NCBI GenBank assembly: GCA_963920595.1
Contig: OY986948.1
Location: 4,278,001-4,342,000, forward strand
Source of the DNA: Eimeria praecox
Taxonomy: Eukaryota
Length of the DNA stretch: 64,000 nt
Direction of reading: 5' to 3'
Under the pieces are notes generated by a model that was not told the DNA's origin, did not search any database, and saw nothing but the letters and a program-made list of their open reading frames with translations. This document shows, piece after piece, positions 51,456-64,000 of this stretch. Within the stretch, counting starts at the first letter, position 1. Each line of letters starts with the position of its first letter. The position numbers and the translations under genes are program-made.

Positions 51456-52268
51456 CACCCCCCCCTCTCCCTTTTGTACAGTGTTCAGGCGAAAAGAGGG
51501 CGGGAGAAGCAGCTGCTGCAGCAATACTAGCTGCAGCAGCACCTGCAGCAATACTAGCAGCAGCAGCAGCAGCAGCAACAACAACAACAACGCAGCAGCT
51601 GGGGCCTCGGGGCTACGGATATGTCTGTTCCCCTACGGCGCCGTTCTTTAGATGTTAATGTTGTTGATAGATACATGTGCAGCCATATATATGTTGTTTG
51701 CTCTTATATGAAACTGAATGGGGCTTATTCACTTGATTTTGACGCTCTGTTTCGCCTCAGCTGTTTCAGGTGTATGTACAGCTGAGATTATTTTTTTTTT
51801 TCGTGCTCGCAACATGCAACACAACTTCATTTATTGTTTATCAGCGAATAAACATTAAGAGAACTGCAGTTAGCTAATATACAGACAGACAGACAGATAC
51901 ACATTATATATATTCACAGGAAAATGCTATAGATGATAGAATGGTTTCTGTGTTTGAACATCGCCTCAGCTATCCAGCTGAGCTGTGCATACACCCGAAC
52001 GGGAGGTAACAAACACGAGACCTGCATGCAAGTCGTTCAGATGTTGTTTGCGCAACAGCCAGCCGGTTGCAGCATCAGGCCTGTTGTCAGGAAGGGGCTA
52101 GCTTTGAAGCTAGCTAGCTAGCTAGCTAGCTAGCTAGCTAGCTACAGGCTAACCAACTAACTAGCTACTAGCTAGTTGTATGTAGCTCGCCACAGACTGC
52201 TCCGAGCAGCTAGAGCAACCTGGAGCAGCAGCAACAGCTGCTGCTGCTGCTGAAGGAGAGATACTCCC

Positions 52269-57758
<5,490 letters not shown>

Positions 57759-57899
57759 TGTGTTGATTTTTGTTTAAAAAATACAAAATAATTCAAGTAA
57801 TCAACAAAATAATAACAAATAAAATAATATAATTTAAAAAAAAACAGAAAACACACACTCAAACAATCGTTGTTGCTACGTGGGGCAACAGCCAACACC

Positions 57900-58450
57900 A
57901 CCTACTGCATGCAGCATCACCTCTCCTTCCTACCCCATCAATATTTGGTTTTTAATGTATATTTTTTATTTGTTTTTCTTTTTAATAATATATTTTGTTT
58001 TATATTTCTATAGAAGATCAATTTAAAGGGAGAATTCTACTGCCTCGTAGACAGAAGCCGCTTATCTGTCTTGTGCTTCGATCTGAAGCCTGAACGATAT
58101 GTGCTTCTCCAGAAAATTATGTGGCTGTTTCACGAAATGTTTGTAGTGTGATTGCATGCATTAAAAAAAGAATATTGCATTTATTTTAATAGGGTTTTAT
58201 TTTATCTGTATCTCCATTATTATCCTTAGAGTTATTAGATGTGTAGCTGATATACTATGAATGCTGCTTTCTAACATATCTTCTTTCTTATAGAAAGAAT
58301 AGAAAGCTCAAGGGATTAAGAATAAAACACCATTAAACAAATATATATAAACTTCACAGCTTTCAATGTTACTGCATGCAGCAGAAGGAGGTGTTGTTGT
58401 TGTTGTTGTTTATATTCGTGGGGATAGAGGAGAAATAGAGTAGAATAGCT

Positions 58451-58498
<48 letters not shown>

Positions 58499-59000
58499 AT
58501 TGAATATATCAGAGAGAGGCGTATTAGAATCAAAGATGTGAAGAGAAAAGGTGTAAAAAATAGAAAATAATATTTTATTCAGCTTTCTAACTTGGGTGTA
58601 GAGAGAAGTTTTGCTGCAGCCAGCCCCACATGCATGCACGATCTAAATATTTTTATTTTCTGTATTGATGTTTTAATATATAAAATACGCTTTCTTTAAA
58701 TATATATTTAAATATATATAATATTATATCGTATAGAGGGAGGCGATAAGAGAGGTAACATCATATAGAAAAGAGGATTAGAGATACTGTTAGCTTCTCC
58801 CTCATAAGCTGAGATAGTTATAATATTTAAGATAAAATTTATCTTTAAAAAAATTAATATCTTTCTTTAAATATATAACAAACTCCTCATATACAGTGAA
58901 CAGAGGAGAGTTTGGTGTTGATGTTAAGATGAAGATATTCTAATATTGTTCTAAACACAAACTATAAAGGAGAAACCCTCACGTTTTAATGCATGCATGA
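57900..59000. promoter_or_regulatory. Divergent FCBP/ACP intergenic region with five TGCATGCA octamers
   Basis: TGCATGCA at ~57906, 58153, 58373, 58631 and 58990. It is a known apicomplexan ApiAP2-bound motif but also a generally abundant Eimeria motif. Confidence 0.45.
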
Positions 59001-59225
59001 GGGCTGTTAAGAATTATTTAACAATTGTTTATACCATTATAGAAAAAATTTAAAAAAAAATTAAGTACATGTATTCATTTAAGATATTTCTATGATATGA
59101 CAGTCTTCTCTCCCCTGGTTTGTGTATCTTCCTCGCTGAAACTCGAATAAGATAAACTAAATATATTAAATTAAAACATAATTATAAATAATGCAGAGTG
59201 TTTGTAATCTGAGGAAAATAAAATT

Positions 59226-59262
<37 letters not shown>

Positions 59263-59824
59263 CCGAGTGTATTCATCCATAGATATTAGTAGAAGGTAAG
59301 GAAGTAGGATATTGTTGCTGCTGCTAGAGGCTTTCATAGTATCTATAGCATCAAATAAATAGTAAATTTATATTAAAACATAATTAAATCATAGTTTACA
59401 ATATTATATCTTCAGAAGATCTGCAGATACACCTGAACATGCCCACAAGACGATTGGTTTCTAGCACATTCAACTCTGGCGCCCTCCCCCCCTCCCTCTC
59501 GGTAACGCTACGGAGGCCTCTTTGTAAGAACTTTATGCATATAATTTGTTTTTTTTTGATTTATTTTAACTATTTTAGCTTCTAATTAAACATTTTCGTA
59601 CATTTAATTCAATATTTCTTTCAGAAGTTTGAGGATCAGCTACCCCAATGCCCAGCTGTACAGCATACACCTCATAGGCTCTAGTGTTCTTTCGAAGCCT
59701 GCAGCTGCTGTACGGCTCACTCCTATCACCATTATATCTATTTTTTTTTATTTTTCTGAAAGTTTATTCAATTTTATTTATTCTCCTCTTTTGAGGAAAC
59801 GGAGCTCGAAGAACAGCTCCCACC

Positions 59825-61728
<1,904 letters not shown>

Positions 61729-61850
61729 TTAGTAGTTTAGATATTAATAAACATCTTCTTCTGTTTCTTCTGTTCTACTGTTTATTTTATATTATTTAAT
61801 TATTTAAATAAATATTATTTAATTATTTATATAATTAAAATAATATTCAA

Positions 61851-62183
61851 CTTCTTTCTTTCTTCTTCTTTCTTCTTCTTCTTTCTTCTTTCTTCTCCTT
61901 ATTCTTCTTTCTTCTTCTTTCTTCTCCTTATTCTTCTTTCTTCTTCTTTCTTCTTCTTTCTTCTTCTTCTATATCTTCTTTCTTCTTCTTTCTTCTTCCT
62001 TTTCTTCTTCTTTCTTCTTCTTTCCTCTTCTTTCTTCTCCTTATTCTTCTTTCTTCTTCTTCCTTCTTCTTCCTTCTTCTTCTTCCTTCTTCTTCCTTCT
62101 TCTTCTATATCTTCTTCCTTCTTCTGTCTTCTTTCTTCTTTCTTCTTCTTTTTTCTTCTTTCTTCTTTTTCTTCTTTTTCTTC
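61851..62183 (+). repeat. (TTC)n-based polypyrimidine tract
   Basis: Directly visible, downstream of the ACP stop codon. Confidence 0.95.
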
Positions 62184-63306
62184 ATTTGTTAGATTTGGCG
62201 GTGTTGATGTTGTAGTGCAATGATATGAATTTGGATTTTTATATACAAACCTAAGAAAGTATACTGTTGTTTATATAAATAAATAAATAAATAAATATAT
62301 TTATTTATTTATTTATTCTGACTGAGGCATCTAGAGCTTAGCTTTATATGTAAGTATATTCTGTAGGAGTCGACAGCTTCTTCTGCTACTTGCTTGCTGT
62401 TTATCTCTCTAATAAACTAATAATAAGTATGGTTGTAAATATATTTATTTATGTTTGATTTTAGAGGCAAATAAATAATTTATAATTTCAGAGTTTATTT
62501 TTTGTTAAGAATTTCGAAGGCCGTCGCAAATTCGTTATGCGACTGACGCCGAGCTGTCTGTACACCTGAAAATTGGGGCCTTTTTGAAGGCAGAAAAAAC
62601 CTACATTTGAATATTTTCAGTTTTATAAAACATTATTTAGTAGACAGATGAAGAAGTTCACAGAATATTTGGATGCATTGATGAGTAGTAGTTGACGGTC
62701 TCGGTCGGGTGTAGGTAGATAATATCGTAGGGGAGTTGAATACGGTTCAAATTTTTTAATTTTTTTTTAAAATAACGGAAAAAAACAGAAAATAAATATA
62801 TTTTAGTATTATATTTGCATAAATTGAACTTCAATTACACAATCAACAAACATTGAAGAGGAGAATCTTCCGTATGAACGGACCAACGAGAGCAACGCCA
62901 GACAGACCACCGGACGACTTCATAGAAACTGTAACACCATTTAGAGAAGAAAGCACAAACAACAGAGTTTTTGTTTTGTTTAAATACTTTTAATATGTTT
63001 TCTACTATATAAACAAAACCTTTTCAGTGTATATACACCCCAGCATACCGTTACTCTGTCTACGTCAATTTACGCCACAGTCTCAGCTCTTCTCTCTCCA
63101 TTCATATTCATCTTTTGTTTTTCTTCTTCTTTTCAGAGACGAAGACACTGCAACTAATTCAAAATATATGTAGCTTCAAACAGCAGCAGATGCATCGCAG
63201 CACGACGCTGTAAGACAGCAGCAGCAACAGTAGCAGTAGCAACAGTAGCAGTAGCAGCAGCAACACGAGCAGCAACAACACGAACACGAACACTAACAGC
63301 AGCAGC

Positions 63307-63419
<113 letters not shown>

Positions 63420-63425
63420 AGAGGT

Positions 63426-63724
63426 ATGGCTTTCTCCCCCTCCTCAGGACGCTTGGGGCATCTGGAGGCCTCAAGCTGGGACAGCCACGATCAGTACTGT
63501 GCTGGAGGCGTTGCTGCTGCTGCTGCTGCAGCAGCAGCAGCAGCAGCACCGCAGCAGCAGCAAGATCAACATCACCACCACCAGCAGCAGCAGCAACAGC
63601 AGCAGCAACAGCAGCAGCAGCAGCAGTGGACTGGTGCGGTGTATAACCCTGTCGTTTCACATCAGCAGCACCAGCAACTGCAGCAGCATCAACTGCAACA
63701 GGAGCAACTGCTGCAGCAGCAACT

Positions 63725-63761
<37 letters not shown>

Positions 63762-63879
63762 GTAGGACGTCAGGACAGATGCGGCAGACCTCCGCTTGTT
63801 TCTTTAATATCCCCGGGGGGAGATGAGCGACGCTCTTCATCTTATCCCTATATAACGTTTTTAGAAGAAAGAGAAAAGA

Positions 63880-63911
<32 letters not shown>

Positions 63912-63918
63912 ACAGCAA

Positions 63919-63950
<32 letters not shown>

Positions 63951-64000
63951 ACAGCAGCAGCAGCAAGTAGAGGGATGCCGGCTGTACGTCTATCAACCTT
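63426..64000 (+). CDS. 5' part of a polyAla/polyGln low-complexity protein running off the window end
   Basis: The frame from ATG 63426 (MAFSPSSGRLGHLEASSWDSHDQYCAGGVAAAA..PQQQQDQHHHH..) appears to stay open to 64000. It is preceded by a CAG-rich leader. Confidence 0.55.

Overview
Eukaryotic, intron-rich apicomplexan DNA. The (CAG)n tracts, interstitial AAACCCT heptamers, TGCATGCA octamers and chromovirus relics point to an Eimeria-type coccidian; this is an inference and the species was not determined. The left ~44 kb is mostly repeat-poor. It holds a large partial coiled-coil gene with a possible alpha-adaptin-ear C-terminus, coatomer delta, an ABHD13/Bem46-type hydrolase, several orphan secreted or membrane genes, and two degenerate chromodomain-integrase Ty3/gypsy elements plus a related non-coding relic. 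At three loci a ~200-bp sub-repeat recurs in the order direct-direct-inverted, apparently inside a long LTR. The right ~20 kb is rich in simple repeats and has AT-rich introns. It holds a bromodomain/polyQ gene, an intronless CPBP (CAAX protease-like) gene, a 14-exon FKBP-TPR-cyclophilin dual immunophilin, a mitochondrial-type acyl carrier protein with Cys in place of the phosphopantetheine Ser, and the start of a polyA/polyQ gene. Exon models were spliced by hand and homologies judged by eye; no database searches were run.
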